Source of the DNA: Candidatus Geothermarchaeales archaeon
GTDB lineage: Archaea > Thermoproteota > Nitrososphaeria > Geothermarchaeales > JAUWBL01
Assembly: GCA_046757245.1 (NCBI GenBank)
Contig: JBHHXX010000001.1
Span: 9,369 to 73,368 of the forward strand
DNA: 64,000 nt
Direction of reading: 5' to 3'
In this document: positions 36,686 through 45,747 of the stretch, in pieces
How positions within the stretch are numbered: position 1 is the stretch's first letter
How the letters are laid out: each line of letters opens with the position of its first letter
Made by a program: the position numbers and the translations under genes
The notes under the pieces: model-generated
What the model was told of the DNA's origin: nothing
The model's input: the letters and a program-made list of their open reading frames with translations, nothing else
Database searches by the model: none

Positions 36686-36850
36686 ATGAGAATTTCAAAG
36701 AAACTCGAAGAAATCGAGATATATCAACCGAGATTGGGGAAAGCGCCCTAGGTGGATGAAGACTAACATATAATAGCGAATTCCTCGCCTCAAGAGGGAA
36801 ATCGTCGTGGACGTTTTTCATCATAGGAGGAATCGGTAAAACCCATTTAT
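36686..36850 (+). pseudogene. Decayed rpoL-like fragment upstream of csl4
   Basis: 36788-36818 matches 37667-37697 inside rpoL at 28 of 31 positions. Flanks also align (gtggatgaagactaaca versus gtgggagaagactacac; gaggaatcggtaaaaccc versus gaaggaacccgtaaaag). An in-frame stop, a frame change and a ~57-nt deletion separate it from rpoL. Confidence 0.4.
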
Positions 36851-36950
36851 TTAGGATGAGACAAATATAAACATCTTGGTTTGGTAGGACAACGGAAAAA
36901 ACAAGCTCCTTTATCCCCGAACCCCCCAAAAAAACAGAGGAGGAGAGAAC

Positions 36951-37514
36951 ATGGAGGAGGAAATAAAAGACTTTGTGTACCCCGGGAAGAAGATCGCGGT
37001 GATAGAGGAATACGTCCCCGGAGACGGTACCTACGCGGGTGGAGACGGCTTCATAAGGGGGAAACTATTGGGTATAGCTAAAACAGACCCCGAGAGGCGA
37101 GAGGTTAAGGTGTCGGGGCGGGTGAGGGTGAACGCCGTAAAAGAGGGTGATGAGGTGGCGGGAGTATTGATGAATCTATCAGGCGTTTACGGCACCGTAA
37201 ACATAGGGGTCTTGAATGGGAAGCTCCTCAAAACACCGGTGATGGGCATCGTTTACCCCTCGGGAGTCTTGAGGAGGGGGGGGAAACAGTATAGGGTTGG
37301 AGACATAATTTTCGCCAGGGTCGTTAGCAGGAAGAATAGGATCCTCCACCTTTCGATAGATGGGAGCCGCTATGGTGTGGTCAAAGCTCGATGCAATGAC
37401 TGTGGGGGTGAGATGGTGGTAGCGAGGAGGAGGCCTCGGTTAGTGCTCAAGTGCTCGAGGTGTGGGGTGGAAGAGAATAGGAAGATCTCGAGCTTATACT
37501 CGAAGATTGCTTAG
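36951..37514 (+). CDS. csl4: Exosome complex RNA-binding subunit Csl4
   Basis: N-terminal VYPGKKIAVIEEYVPGDGTY, a central S1 domain, and a C-terminal zinc ribbon CNDCGGEM...KCSRCG. Confidence 0.8.
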   Translation: MEEEIKDFVYPGKKIAVIEEYVPGDGTYAGGDGFIRGKLLGIAKTDPERREVKVSGRVRVNAVKEGDEVAGVLMNLSGVYGTVNIGVLNGKLLKTPVMGIVYPSGVLRRGGKQYRVGDIIFARVVSRKNRILHLSIDGSRYGVVKARCNDCGGEMVVARRRPRLVLKCSRCGVEENRKISSLYSKIA

Positions 37515-37523
37515 GGGTGTGGA

Positions 37524-37814
37524 ATGGATCTGCAAATATTATCCGTGAAAAAGGGAAGGTTTAGGTTTAAGATAGTGGGAGAAGACTACACCCTTGGCAA
37601 CCTACTCCAAGAAATCCTCTTAAAGGACAAGAGGGTTAAGGGCGCGGGGTTCAAGGCGCCCCATCCCCTCAAGAAGGAAATCGTCATGGACGTTTTCCTT
37701 GACGTGAAGGAACCCGTAAAAGTTATTAAGGAGAACATAGAAATACTTAAAAAATACTTGGAGGATATAAACGAGGAGATAGCCAAAGCGGTGGAGGGTG
37801 TTGCTGAAACTTAA
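37524..37814 (+). CDS. rpoL: DNA-directed RNA polymerase subunit L (Rpo11)
   Basis: FKIVGEDYTLGNLLQEIL...GAGFKAPHPL is the Rpo11/RpoL signature. 96 aa. Confidence 0.85.
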   Translation: MDLQILSVKKGRFRFKIVGEDYTLGNLLQEILLKDKRVKGAGFKAPHPLKKEIVMDVFLDVKEPVKVIKENIEILKKYLEDINEEIAKAVEGVAET

Positions 37815-38133
37815 ATTTTGCCCCAATTGCAACACGGCCCTAAAATATCAAGATAAGGAGGGTAAGATCTTCCGTCTATGCCCCAAGTGTGGCTACGAGG
37901 AGGAGGTCTCGGAGACCTTTACACAGGAGGCCTACAGGGTTGGGCAAAAGGTCACGGTGATAGGGGAAGACGAGAAAAAGATGAGGAAGATGCCCACTAC
38001 GAGAATAACGTGTCCTAGATGTAGCTACAATGTGGCCTACTGCTGGACGGCGCAAACGAGGGGGGGCGATGAGAGCTCAACTCAATTCTTCAGGTGTAAA
38101 AAGTGTGGATATACGTGGCGGTTATACACATAG
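37798..38133 (+). CDS. tfs: Transcription factor S (TFS / RpoM-like cleavage factor)
   Basis: N-terminal zinc ribbon CPNCNT...CPKCGY. C-terminal CPRCSYNVAYCWTAQTRGGDESSTQFFRCKKCGYTW, containing the acidic DE loop. Confidence 0.9.
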   Translation: MLLKLKFCPNCNTALKYQDKEGKIFRLCPKCGYEEEVSETFTQEAYRVGQKVTVIGEDEKKMRKMPTTRITCPRCSYNVAYCWTAQTRGGDESSTQFFRCKKCGYTWRLYT

Positions 38134-38152
38134 CTAAAAATAACCTATAGGG

Positions 38153-38437
38153 TTGAGAAATCCTCTGATGGTTTTCATCTCCCCTGGTTTTTCATTCATG
38201 GAGTCTTTCGATGGTTATCCACGAGGCCGCTGTTCGCTCAAAACCTCCATGATTTCTGCTCTTTTGCCTTGGCCCCTGACCTGGCCAAACTCAATTACGT
38301 ACACGTACTCTGCTATATCGCCCTTTATATATCTCGTCGTCTTCGGAGTCGTGATACTCACGCTCGTGCTTTTCCTACCCCATGGAATTCTGGGTCTGCT
38401 CGACAGGATGCCGAGGTTCAAGGGAAGGATAAAGTAG
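38153..38437 (+). pseudogene. Relic of a LivM/LivH-type ABC permease C-terminus
   Basis: FIYLVVFGVVILTLVLFLPHGILGLLDRM resembles the LivM C-terminus ILGGILVVFVLFLPKGITGGLVSL. There is no permease body, and the fragment is wedged between tfs and pcn. Confidence 0.4.
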
Positions 38438-38601
38438 CGAAGCAACCGCTTCCGATAAAGCTCTTAAAACCCCTGAGAACCGACTGTGAATAGTCTTATT
38501 TTTATCTGGGGGTATCTATTATGGTATGTCTTCCTTTCGCTGGAGACGGAAGGAATTCATCCTTAAATCACATAACGTGTTTATGTGTTGGGGTCTAGCG
38601 G

Positions 38602-39360
38602 ATGTTCAAGATCGCGACGGATAAAATAGCCGAATGGATCAGCTTTTTCTCGGCCATCTCAAAGATAACCGATGAGGTGTGTCTACACGTGCTGGAGGAT
38701 AGGCTTTGGTTCAGGGGCATGGACCCCGCCCACGTGTCCATGATAGACTTCGAGGTCTCCAAGGAGAACTTCACGGAGTATGAGTCTGAAGGTGAGACGG
38801 TGGCGTGCATCCTCCTCGAGAAGCCCCTGAGCTTCATCAAAAAGGCTAAGAAGGGGGATAAGATGGAGATGGTCTACGAGGAGAAGGAGGGAAAGCTGAG
38901 GGTTCGAGTGATAGGCAACTATGTGAAGGAGTTCCTCGTGCCCCTCCTCGACACGGTGGACCGAGCGCCGCTGAAACTGCCCAAGGTGGAGTTCACCTCC
39001 CGCATCAAGATGACCACCTCGGCGGTGAAGGAGGCCCTCGACGACGTTAAGCTAGTCAGCGAGAAGGTCAGGGTGGCCACCTCCGAGGACAGCCTACAGC
39101 TAAGGGGGGAGAGCGACGAGGGCGTTGAGGCGGCGGTGACCTTTAGCTTCCACGACATCGACATCTTGGAGACGGAGCTGAAGGAGAAGTCCGTCGCCAC
39201 CTACAACGTGGAGTTGATGTCTAGCATCGTGAAGGAGCTGGAGAAGGTCGCCGGGGTGGTCACCTTCAGCTATGGCACCGATCTACCCTTGAAGCTCAGC
39301 TTCGAGTTCCCCGAGAGGCAGAAATTTGACTTCTACCTCGCCCCGAGGATAGAAGATTAA
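38602..39360 (+). CDS. pcn: DNA polymerase sliding clamp PCNA
   Basis: 252 aa. The two-domain pattern, with LHVLEDRLWFRGMDPAHVSMIDFEV and LQLRGESDEG...FSYGTDLPLKLSF, is typical of archaeal PCNA. Confidence 0.85.
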   Translation: MFKIATDKIAEWISFFSAISKITDEVCLHVLEDRLWFRGMDPAHVSMIDFEVSKENFTEYESEGETVACILLEKPLSFIKKAKKGDKMEMVYEEKEGKLRVRVIGNYVKEFLVPLLDTVDRAPLKLPKVEFTSRIKMTTSAVKEALDDVKLVSEKVRVATSEDSLQLRGESDEGVEAAVTFSFHDIDILETELKEKSVATYNVELMSSIVKELEKVAGVVTFSYGTDLPLKLSFEFPERQKFDFYLAPRIED

Positions 39361-39406
39361 CGGAAGCAACCATGTTTAGGCGCCTTAAAGATTTTAGAGC
39401 TAAACA

Positions 39407-40456
39407 ATGGAAGGAGCGAGCGTGAGCGAAAGGGTCAACCCCACTTGGACGACAAAGTATCCCTTCACGGAGGAGGCTAGGGAATACATCCGACTGAACG
39501 CCCCCTCACTGGAGGAGTTTGTGAGGGAAGAGCTAAACCACGTAGTGGAGTATACCTTCAACCGGCTGAAGACGGAGATCGAGGGGCCTAGGAAGGAGGT
39601 GAGGAGGGCGAGGGGGGAGGAGTGGACCAAGGAGTATGAAACGCTTTTTTATCCCCTCGCCTTCGCCATCGTAAAGGCCACGGGGAACGGCGCGATACAG
39701 AGGGTCTTCGCCGATAGGGAGAGCAAAAAGGCTCTCAGCCACCTTAGAGTTGAGGAGGCGGGCAATGTCGTCCACATCGGAAGATCCACCTTCAACCTAA
39801 GGCTGAACTACTTGGAGGACGAGGGCAAATACCTCCTACAGCTCATGGACTACCTCAGCGTTTCCAGCAGATTTGGGGGTGGGCGGTGGAAGCTCTCCAA
39901 TAGCTACGTGAAGGATGGATGGGTGTATCTCGACCATAGAAGGGCGTGTAGGATCATAGCCGAGTATGTTAAACGGCGAATCCTGATGAAGATGGGCGAG
40001 GAGGGGGCAATACCCGATTTATTCCTCAACTACTCGGAAAAGCTGATAGAGTTTTTTAGGGGTCTCAAGAGATACGAAGAAGTCCTTGTCGAGGATAGGG
40101 ATTGGGGGGAGAAGATAGATCTTAGTGATCTCCCGCCGTGCATAAGACACGTCTACGATGTCGCGGTGCGGGGAGGAGATCTCTCACACATGGCTAGGTT
40201 CAGCCTGGTGACGTTTCTCTCCAACGTCGGGTATGGCGTTGATGAGATCGTCCGGGTTTTCAGCGGGGCCCCAGACTTCAGCCCGCAGAAAACGAGGTAT
40301 CAGGTTGAGCATATCACGGGTATGAGGGGTGGGAGGAAGAAGTATAAGATCCCCTCTTGTTCCAAGATGAGGACTTTCAACCTTTGTATGCCCGGTGAAG
40401 GTTGCCGTAGGATAAAGCACCCCATGCACTACTTGAGGAGAAAGAGGAAGAAGTGA
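39407..40456 (+). CDS. priL: DNA primase large subunit PriL
   Basis: PPCIRHVYD...GGDLSHMARFSLVTFLSNVGYGVDEIVRVF...QVEHI...KYKIPSCSKM...LC carries the Fe-S cluster cysteines and the conserved PriL C-terminal domain pattern. Confidence 0.8.
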   Translation: MEGASVSERVNPTWTTKYPFTEEAREYIRLNAPSLEEFVREELNHVVEYTFNRLKTEIEGPRKEVRRARGEEWTKEYETLFYPLAFAIVKATGNGAIQRVFADRESKKALSHLRVEEAGNVVHIGRSTFNLRLNYLEDEGKYLLQLMDYLSVSSRFGGGRWKLSNSYVKDGWVYLDHRRACRIIAEYVKRRILMKMGEEGAIPDLFLNYSEKLIEFFRGLKRYEEVLVEDRDWGEKIDLSDLPPCIRHVYDVAVRGGDLSHMARFSLVTFLSNVGYGVDEIVRVFSGAPDFSPQKTRYQVEHITGMRGGRKKYKIPSCSKMRTFNLCMPGEGCRRIKHPMHYLRRKRKK

Positions 40457-40619
40457 ATGTTGACTCTTAGGAGAGTTAAACTTTTTACGTCAAGGCATAA
40501 TAAGTTTATTTATTGATGAGCCACCCTAGTATTTTTTGACCTAGGGACGAGTCTGGTGGAACAAAATAAATATAAAATCAAAGGTATTTCTCAAACAACT
40601 CTACAAAGAGTATTATTTC

Positions 40620-41738
40620 ATGAATAAGGAGGAAATAACGAGGAGAATAAGGCAACTCAACAGGAGAGAGTTTGGATACATCACCTTCATAGAAGACGCG
40701 TTGATTAGACACCTAGCCGTTGAGGACGAGGATAAACTAGCTGAATTCTTGGTTCAAAACGCGCCTAGGGATTTCTACCACTCCTCAGCCTACTACCTCT
40801 TCCCCGAGAGAGAGATGCACGAGAAGGAGTGGATGGCCTCGGACCTCATCTTTGACATCGACGCGGACCACCTACAGGAGAAGGGCTTAAGACCAACGGT
40901 CTTCTATCTATGTAACGGGTGTGGGGAACACTACGAGAAGAGGGAGGGGAACTGCGAGCGATGCGGTGGCAACCTGAGGCGGGTGGACTGGTTAGACGAG
41001 AGAGACTTAGAGCTAGCGAAGAAGGAGACGATGAGGCTGATCGACATCCTAGAGGGAGACCTCGGATTTAGGGAGAGTGACGTCGAAGTCTATTTTTCTG
41101 GCAGTAGGGGCTATCACGTCCACGTCTACGGGGAGGAGGCCAAAAAGCTGGGGCCAGAAGAGAGAATAGAGATCACGGACTACATCAGACTCACCGGTTA
41201 TAACATGAGGTATGAGGATGATGAGAGGAAGAGGACCGCGAAGCTGATCTCAGCGATCATGGAGGGAGCGGACGAGGGGTTTTTGATGGATCTCTCGGAG
41301 AGGGAAAAAGAGACCTTCGCATCCTCGCTTAAGCGCTTAGGTTTGGAGGGAGGCGGGGACTTCAGAAGATCGCTCGCCGCCTTAATGGGCGAGACCCCCG
41401 CGGAGGTTAGGAGGAAGATGGAGGCCTACGTGATAAGGCAGGGAATGGTGGGGATAGACCCTGTTGTCACAACAGACACTCATAGGTTAATACGGGCCCC
41501 TGTGAGCCTCCACGGGAAGACCGGTTTGGTCAAGAAGCCCGTCGCTGATATCGAGTCCTTCAACCCCTTCATAGACGCGGTGGGGCTTCCTGAGGGGGAA
41601 GTAGACATACACGTCAAATACTCCCCCAAAATATTTATGAAGGATAGAGAGTTCGGCTCATATGGTAACGAGGCGGTCACCGTGCCAACCTATGTAGCCG
41701 CCTTCTTAATGGGGAGAGGCGTCGCCGATGTCCAATAA
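40620..41738 (+). CDS. priS: DNA primase small (catalytic) subunit PriS
   Basis: Catalytic DLIFDIDADH and FSGSRGYHVHV motifs. Zinc knuckle CNGCGEHY...CERCGG. Confidence 0.9.
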   Translation: MNKEEITRRIRQLNRREFGYITFIEDALIRHLAVEDEDKLAEFLVQNAPRDFYHSSAYYLFPEREMHEKEWMASDLIFDIDADHLQEKGLRPTVFYLCNGCGEHYEKREGNCERCGGNLRRVDWLDERDLELAKKETMRLIDILEGDLGFRESDVEVYFSGSRGYHVHVYGEEAKKLGPEERIEITDYIRLTGYNMRYEDDERKRTAKLISAIMEGADEGFLMDLSEREKETFASSLKRLGLEGGGDFRRSLAALMGETPAEVRRKMEAYVIRQGMVGIDPVVTTDTHRLIRAPVSLHGKTGLVKKPVADIESFNPFIDAVGLPEGEVDIHVKYSPKIFMKDREFGSYGNEAVTVPTYVAAFLMGRGVADVQ

Positions 41739-42234
41739 AGGGATTGAGGGATTAATCGAGGTCTTGAGGAGGGAACTGGAGGGGGAGGCGCTCCAAAAGC
41801 TGGAGTTGAACCTCAGAAAGGAGGTGGAAAAGCTCCTTAGAAGGGGCGAAGCGCTGATGGGCAAGGAATTGACCCCTATAACGAGGGAGGCCCTTCAGAG
41901 GGAAGCCGAGATCATAAAGCAGGTTATAAGGTGCATCGATGACTTGAGGGTGGAGAAGATCCTCAGAGATTCCCTGAGGGGGAGGAGGAGCGAGAACATG
42001 ACGGAGAGGGAGGCCCTCGTCTACGACGCCTTGACGAAATACCTAAGGGAGAGGGAGGAGAGGCGGGTGGAGGAGAAGCTCTTCGTGGCTCTGGAGAGAA
42101 TACCAGCCTTCGTGGGCGTGGACGGAAAAGAATATGGACCCTTCGAACCCGGGGACGTGGCCTCCATCCGAGACGAGGACTTCGAAACCCTCGCCAAGGA
42201 GGGATTGATTAAAAAGGTTGAGATCGAGAAGTAA
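41728..42234 (+). CDS. gins51: GINS subunit (Gins51/Gins15-like)
   Basis: 11-nt overlap with priS, the known priS-gins15 linkage. Helical N-terminal domain, then a C-terminal beta-domain ending YGPFEPGDVASIRDEDFETLAKEGLIKKVE. Confidence 0.6.
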   Translation: MSNKGIEGLIEVLRRELEGEALQKLELNLRKEVEKLLRRGEALMGKELTPITREALQREAEIIKQVIRCIDDLRVEKILRDSLRGRRSENMTEREALVYDALTKYLREREERRVEEKLFVALERIPAFVGVDGKEYGPFEPGDVASIRDEDFETLAKEGLIKKVEIEK

Positions 42235-42491
42235 ACGATGTTTCTTCACAGCGACTTATCACGACTCGTTTTTAATCTCGACGCAAGCGCGATGAATAAT
42301 GGGGCTGCCTCATAGGAGAGCGCCACATAGACGGTCATCCCTGAGACAACGATAAGAATAGGGGGCGCGTCCATTCCACAGGGATCAAAAAACGGCTGGA
42401 CATGAGGATTTCGGAGGCTTCATCGCAGCCCACGTGAGACGCTTGGAGACGTGATAAATATATAAGCTCCCAATCCAACTCATAGTGAAGG

Positions 42492-42770
42492 ATGATCGTC
42501 CCTAAAGAAATCAGGATCTACTGTCCCCGGTGCAAGAAGCACACGAAGCACGCCGTCAAGTCTTATAAGAAGGGTAAGCAGAGCGCCCTGAGGTGGGGCA
42601 GCGTCCACCACGAGTGGGATAAGAAGGGATACGGTGGTCAAAAGTTCCCCCAGCAGAAGAAGACGGCGAAAACCACAAAGAAGATGATCATAAAGTTGGA
42701 GTGTAAGGAGTGTGGATACGCATCGCATAGACCGGGGAAGAAGCTGAGAAAACTAGTGATAGGCGAATGA
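42492..42770 (+). CDS. rpl44e: 50S ribosomal protein L44e (eL42)
   Basis: YCPRCKKHTKH...KKGKQSALRWG...GYGGQKFP...LECKECG is the canonical eL42 zinc ribbon. Confidence 0.95.
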   Translation: MIVPKEIRIYCPRCKKHTKHAVKSYKKGKQSALRWGSVHHEWDKKGYGGQKFPQQKKTAKTTKKMIIKLECKECGYASHRPGKKLRKLVIGE

Positions 42771-42934
42771 TCCTTAGGAATGTGTGCGGTGCATGCGTTG
42801 CACCATAGGTTGGGGCATATGTGGTTTTTCTTCCAAAGGTGATTTACCTTTGGGTTTTCTAAAGGTTAGTCTTGGTATAGGATTTTAAAAAGCCAACATA
42901 CCGCTTAGCCCTTAGTTGAAGCCGTTAAGGGTTT

Positions 42935-44185
42935 TTACTCAACCCTCCAGGTTTCCGCATACTTGATCTGCTTCTCGGTGAGGCTGTCGATCTCTATCTC
43001 CCAGCCCCTGAGCGTGAATTCGGCCACTCTCCCATCGATCTCCTCGGGGACTTTATAAACATCTGGCTTCATCCCTCTGCCCTCATCGACGAGGTGGAGG
43101 ACGGATAGAAGCTGGTTTGCGAAGGAGCACATCATCACCTCGGGCGGATGGCCCTCGGCGGCGGCGAGGTTCACCAGCCTCCCCTCAGCTAGCAAATACA
43201 ATTTTCTTCCGTCCCTTAGCGCATACTCCTCCACGTTTTCCCTCACCCTCCTCTTTCCCACGCTCAATTCCTCCAGGTCTTTGAGGGAGACCTCCACGTT
43301 GAAGTGTCCGCTATTCGCCAGGATCGCCCCGCTTTTCATCGCCTCGAGGTGTTCGCCCCTGATGACGTCGACTTGGCCCGTCGCCGTGACGAAGATGTCA
43401 CCCACCCCGGCCGCCTCCCCCAGGGGCATGACCCTGAAGCCCTCCACGTGGGCCTCTAAGGCCGTGAGGGGGTTGACCTCTGTCACCACCACGTTTGCGC
43501 CCATGCCTCGAGCCCTCAGGGCGATGCCTCTGCCCACCCTTCCGAAGCCGCACACCACCAAGGTTTTACCCGCGATGAGGATCGATGTGGCCCTCATGAT
43601 ACCGTCAATGGTGCTCTGCCCGGTTCCATAGGTGTTGTCGAGGATCCTCTTGGTCTCCGCGTCGTTCACGGCTATCACCGGGTAACCCAGTTGTCCAGCC
43701 TTGCTCAGGGCTCTTAGACGTGTGACGCCTGTGGTGGTCTCCTCGGTTCCTCCAACGATTCCCTCGATGAGTTTGGGCCTCTCCTCGTGAACATATATGT
43801 GGGCGTCACCCCCGTCGTCAATCACGACGCTCGGCTCAAAATCTAGGATGCGAGATATGCAGCTGAAGTATTCCTCGGTGGTTTCACCCCTCCAGGCGAA
43901 GACGTTCACACCCACCTCAGACAGGTGGGCTGCAACACCGTCTTGAGTTGTCAGGGGATTCGAGGCCGCTAGGGCTACCTCTGCGCCCAAAGCCTTGAGG
44001 GCCTTGGCGAGCACACCCGTCTCCTTGGTTACGTGCAAACAGGCGCTGACCGTGAGGCCCTCGAGGGGCCTCTTGGCCTCGTATTCCCGCGTGATCTCCC
44101 TAATCGCCGGCATGTGGGCCTCGGCCCAGTCAACTAACAGCCTACCTTCCCCAGCCAGCTCCGGGTGTTTAACCATGCTCTTCAT
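42935..44185 (-). CDS. ahcY: S-adenosyl-L-homocysteine hydrolase
   Basis: NAD-binding VCGFGRVGRGIA, GHFNVEV and EGRLVNLAAAEGHP motifs. 416 aa. Confidence 0.95.
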   Translation of the reverse strand: MKSMVKHPELAGEGRLLVDWAEAHMPAIREITREYEAKRPLEGLTVSACLHVTKETGVLAKALKALGAEVALAASNPLTTQDGVAAHLSEVGVNVFAWRGETTEEYFSCISRILDFEPSVVIDDGGDAHIYVHEERPKLIEGIVGGTEETTTGVTRLRALSKAGQLGYPVIAVNDAETKRILDNTYGTGQSTIDGIMRATSILIAGKTLVVCGFGRVGRGIALRARGMGANVVVTEVNPLTALEAHVEGFRVMPLGEAAGVGDIFVTATGQVDVIRGEHLEAMKSGAILANSGHFNVEVSLKDLEELSVGKRRVRENVEEYALRDGRKLYLLAEGRLVNLAAAEGHPPEVMMCSFANQLLSVLHLVDEGRGMKPDVYKVPEEIDGRVAEFTLRGWEIEIDSLTEKQIKYAETWRVE

Positions 44186-44277
44186 GTAGCTTCCCCAACC
44201 TTGACATATCTAAAATCTTCGGGCTTCTCCCTTTAATAGTTTCCCTAAAACCAGGGGTAATTGACCATATGAGGTGC

Positions 44278-45090
44278 TCAGCCGCTGGGAGATCTGCCCT
44301 CCAGCTTCCTCATCAACTCCGAGGCCTTTGCGTCTATGGCGCGACACTCAGGGCACCTGGGCGCCTCATCAATTTTGGGGAGTGCCTCTCTCAGCAAGGC
44401 CTTTACATCACCCCTCCTTCTATCCATGAGGGCGTAGACCTCCTCCATGGAGACCCTCTCTTGGATGCCAGCCGCCCAGTTGGTAACCACGGCTATAGTT
44501 GCATAACAGAGCCCCAGCTCTCTCGCCAAGACCACCTCGGGCAGATTCGTCATGCCCACCACGTCGCCTCCTATCACATCGAAAAACTTGATCTCAGCCC
44601 TAGTTTCGAAGCGGGGTCCCTCTGTGCAGACGTAGGTGCCGTGGTCCCAGACGCGGAGGCCCAGCCTCCTCCCGCTGGAGAGTAAAGCCTCCCTGAGGAT
44701 GGGGCAGTATGGATCTGTGGCGTCGACGTGCACGGCCTCATCCTCGTAGAAGGTGCTGGGCCTCCTCTTCGTGAGGTCGATGAACTGATCTATGAGCACG
44801 AGATCACCTGGCTTGTAAAGGGCGTTTAGAGAGCCCACTGCGCCCGTGGCCACGACCTTCTCCACCCCCTGCTTCCTCAACGCGTAGACGTTGCCTCTAT
44901 AGTTCACCCATTGCGGCGGTTTCTCATGTCTAAACCCGTGTCTGGGGATGAAGACGACTTTTATCCTGCTTATTCTCCCGGTCTTTATGTCCACGTCTCC
45001 ATAGGGCGTCTTGATGCTATCTCTCTTCCCCCTCGTCATGAGTTCCTCGAATCCGCTGCCGCAGATCAATCCAACGGTCAAGGCCCCCAC
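44278..45090 (-). CDS. mtnP: S-methyl-5'-thioadenosine phosphorylase
   Basis: VVFIPRHGFRH, TEGPRFETRAE and VVGMTNLPE motifs of MTAP/PNP-family phosphorylases. Confidence 0.9.
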   Translation of the reverse strand: MGALTVGLICGSGFEELMTRGKRDSIKTPYGDVDIKTGRISRIKVVFIPRHGFRHEKPPQWVNYRGNVYALRKQGVEKVVATGAVGSLNALYKPGDLVLIDQFIDLTKRRPSTFYEDEAVHVDATDPYCPILREALLSSGRRLGLRVWDHGTYVCTEGPRFETRAEIKFFDVIGGDVVGMTNLPEVVLARELGLCYATIAVVTNWAAGIQERVSMEEVYALMDRRRGDVKALLREALPKIDEAPRCPECRAIDAKASELMRKLEGRSPSG

Positions 45091-45166
45091 TCCTCAAAAA
45101 GCATCGGGAACCATCGCTGAAAAGGTTTTATCTCCCTCACCCTATTAAGGTGTGGTGTGAAGGGCG

Positions 45167-45580
45167 ATGGATGAGCAAAGGTATCTCTCGATGCTCGATG
45201 AGCTCATGGAGAAGCTCCCCGAGAAACCCGAGACGAGTGAAAGATTCACGGTGCCGAACCCCGACGTGATATTCGAGAGGAGGAGGACCATACTCCTCAA
45301 CTTCAAGAAGATCGCCGAGGCATTAGGCAGGCCGGTGAAGATAATGATTTCCTTCTTAGGCAGGGAGTTGGCGGCCCCCGTGACCTATGATGAGCCGAGG
45401 CTCATCATCCAAGCCAGGATAGACGAGCGAACCTTGAAGGCGGTCGTGAGCAAGTTCGTAAACAAGTACGTCATCTGTCCCACCTGCAAGGGTCCAGACA
45501 CCCGCCTCATTAGGAAGAGGCGCATGCTCACCATAAAGTGTGACATATGTGGGAGTGAGACTTCGGTTAAGGCTATCTGA
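45167..45580 (+). CDS. eif2b: Translation initiation factor 2 subunit beta (aIF2-beta)
   Basis: C-terminal zinc ribbon YVICPTCKGPDT...KCDICG, and an N-terminal helix-turn-helix-like core typical of aIF2-beta. Confidence 0.9.
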   Translation: MDEQRYLSMLDELMEKLPEKPETSERFTVPNPDVIFERRRTILLNFKKIAEALGRPVKIMISFLGRELAAPVTYDEPRLIIQARIDERTLKAVVSKFVNKYVICPTCKGPDTRLIRKRRMLTIKCDICGSETSVKAI

Positions 45581-45747
45581 GGTCTGGTTTGATTCTTAAC
45601 GTTTACGCGCTGCGTTTGGGATAGGTGTTCATTACAGGATAGATGAGAAATCACGACGGAACAACAACGAGAGATGAATGAGATGGAGAGGCGCTGTTCA
45701 ATTAGGCTTCCGCATACCTCCTGAAGAGTTGGAGGCAATAATGCCTA

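Noticed and set aside
36654-36929. 91-aa minus-strand ORF between dph2 and csl4
   Set aside because: It is antisense to the rpoL-like relic. Its resemblance to ORF 37620..37835 (MKNVHDDF versus KENVHDDF) is simply the reverse-strand reading of the rpoL duplication, not evidence of a gene.
42289-42344. Possible C/D-box sRNA upstream of rpl44e (cGATGA ... CTGA about 50 nt apart)
   Set aside because: The C box is imperfect (CGAUGA rather than RUGAUGA). There are no internal C'/D' boxes and no terminal stem. Similar weak candidates at 45640-45720 and 46555-46640 fail the same tests. A snoscan or Infernal search would be the proper check.
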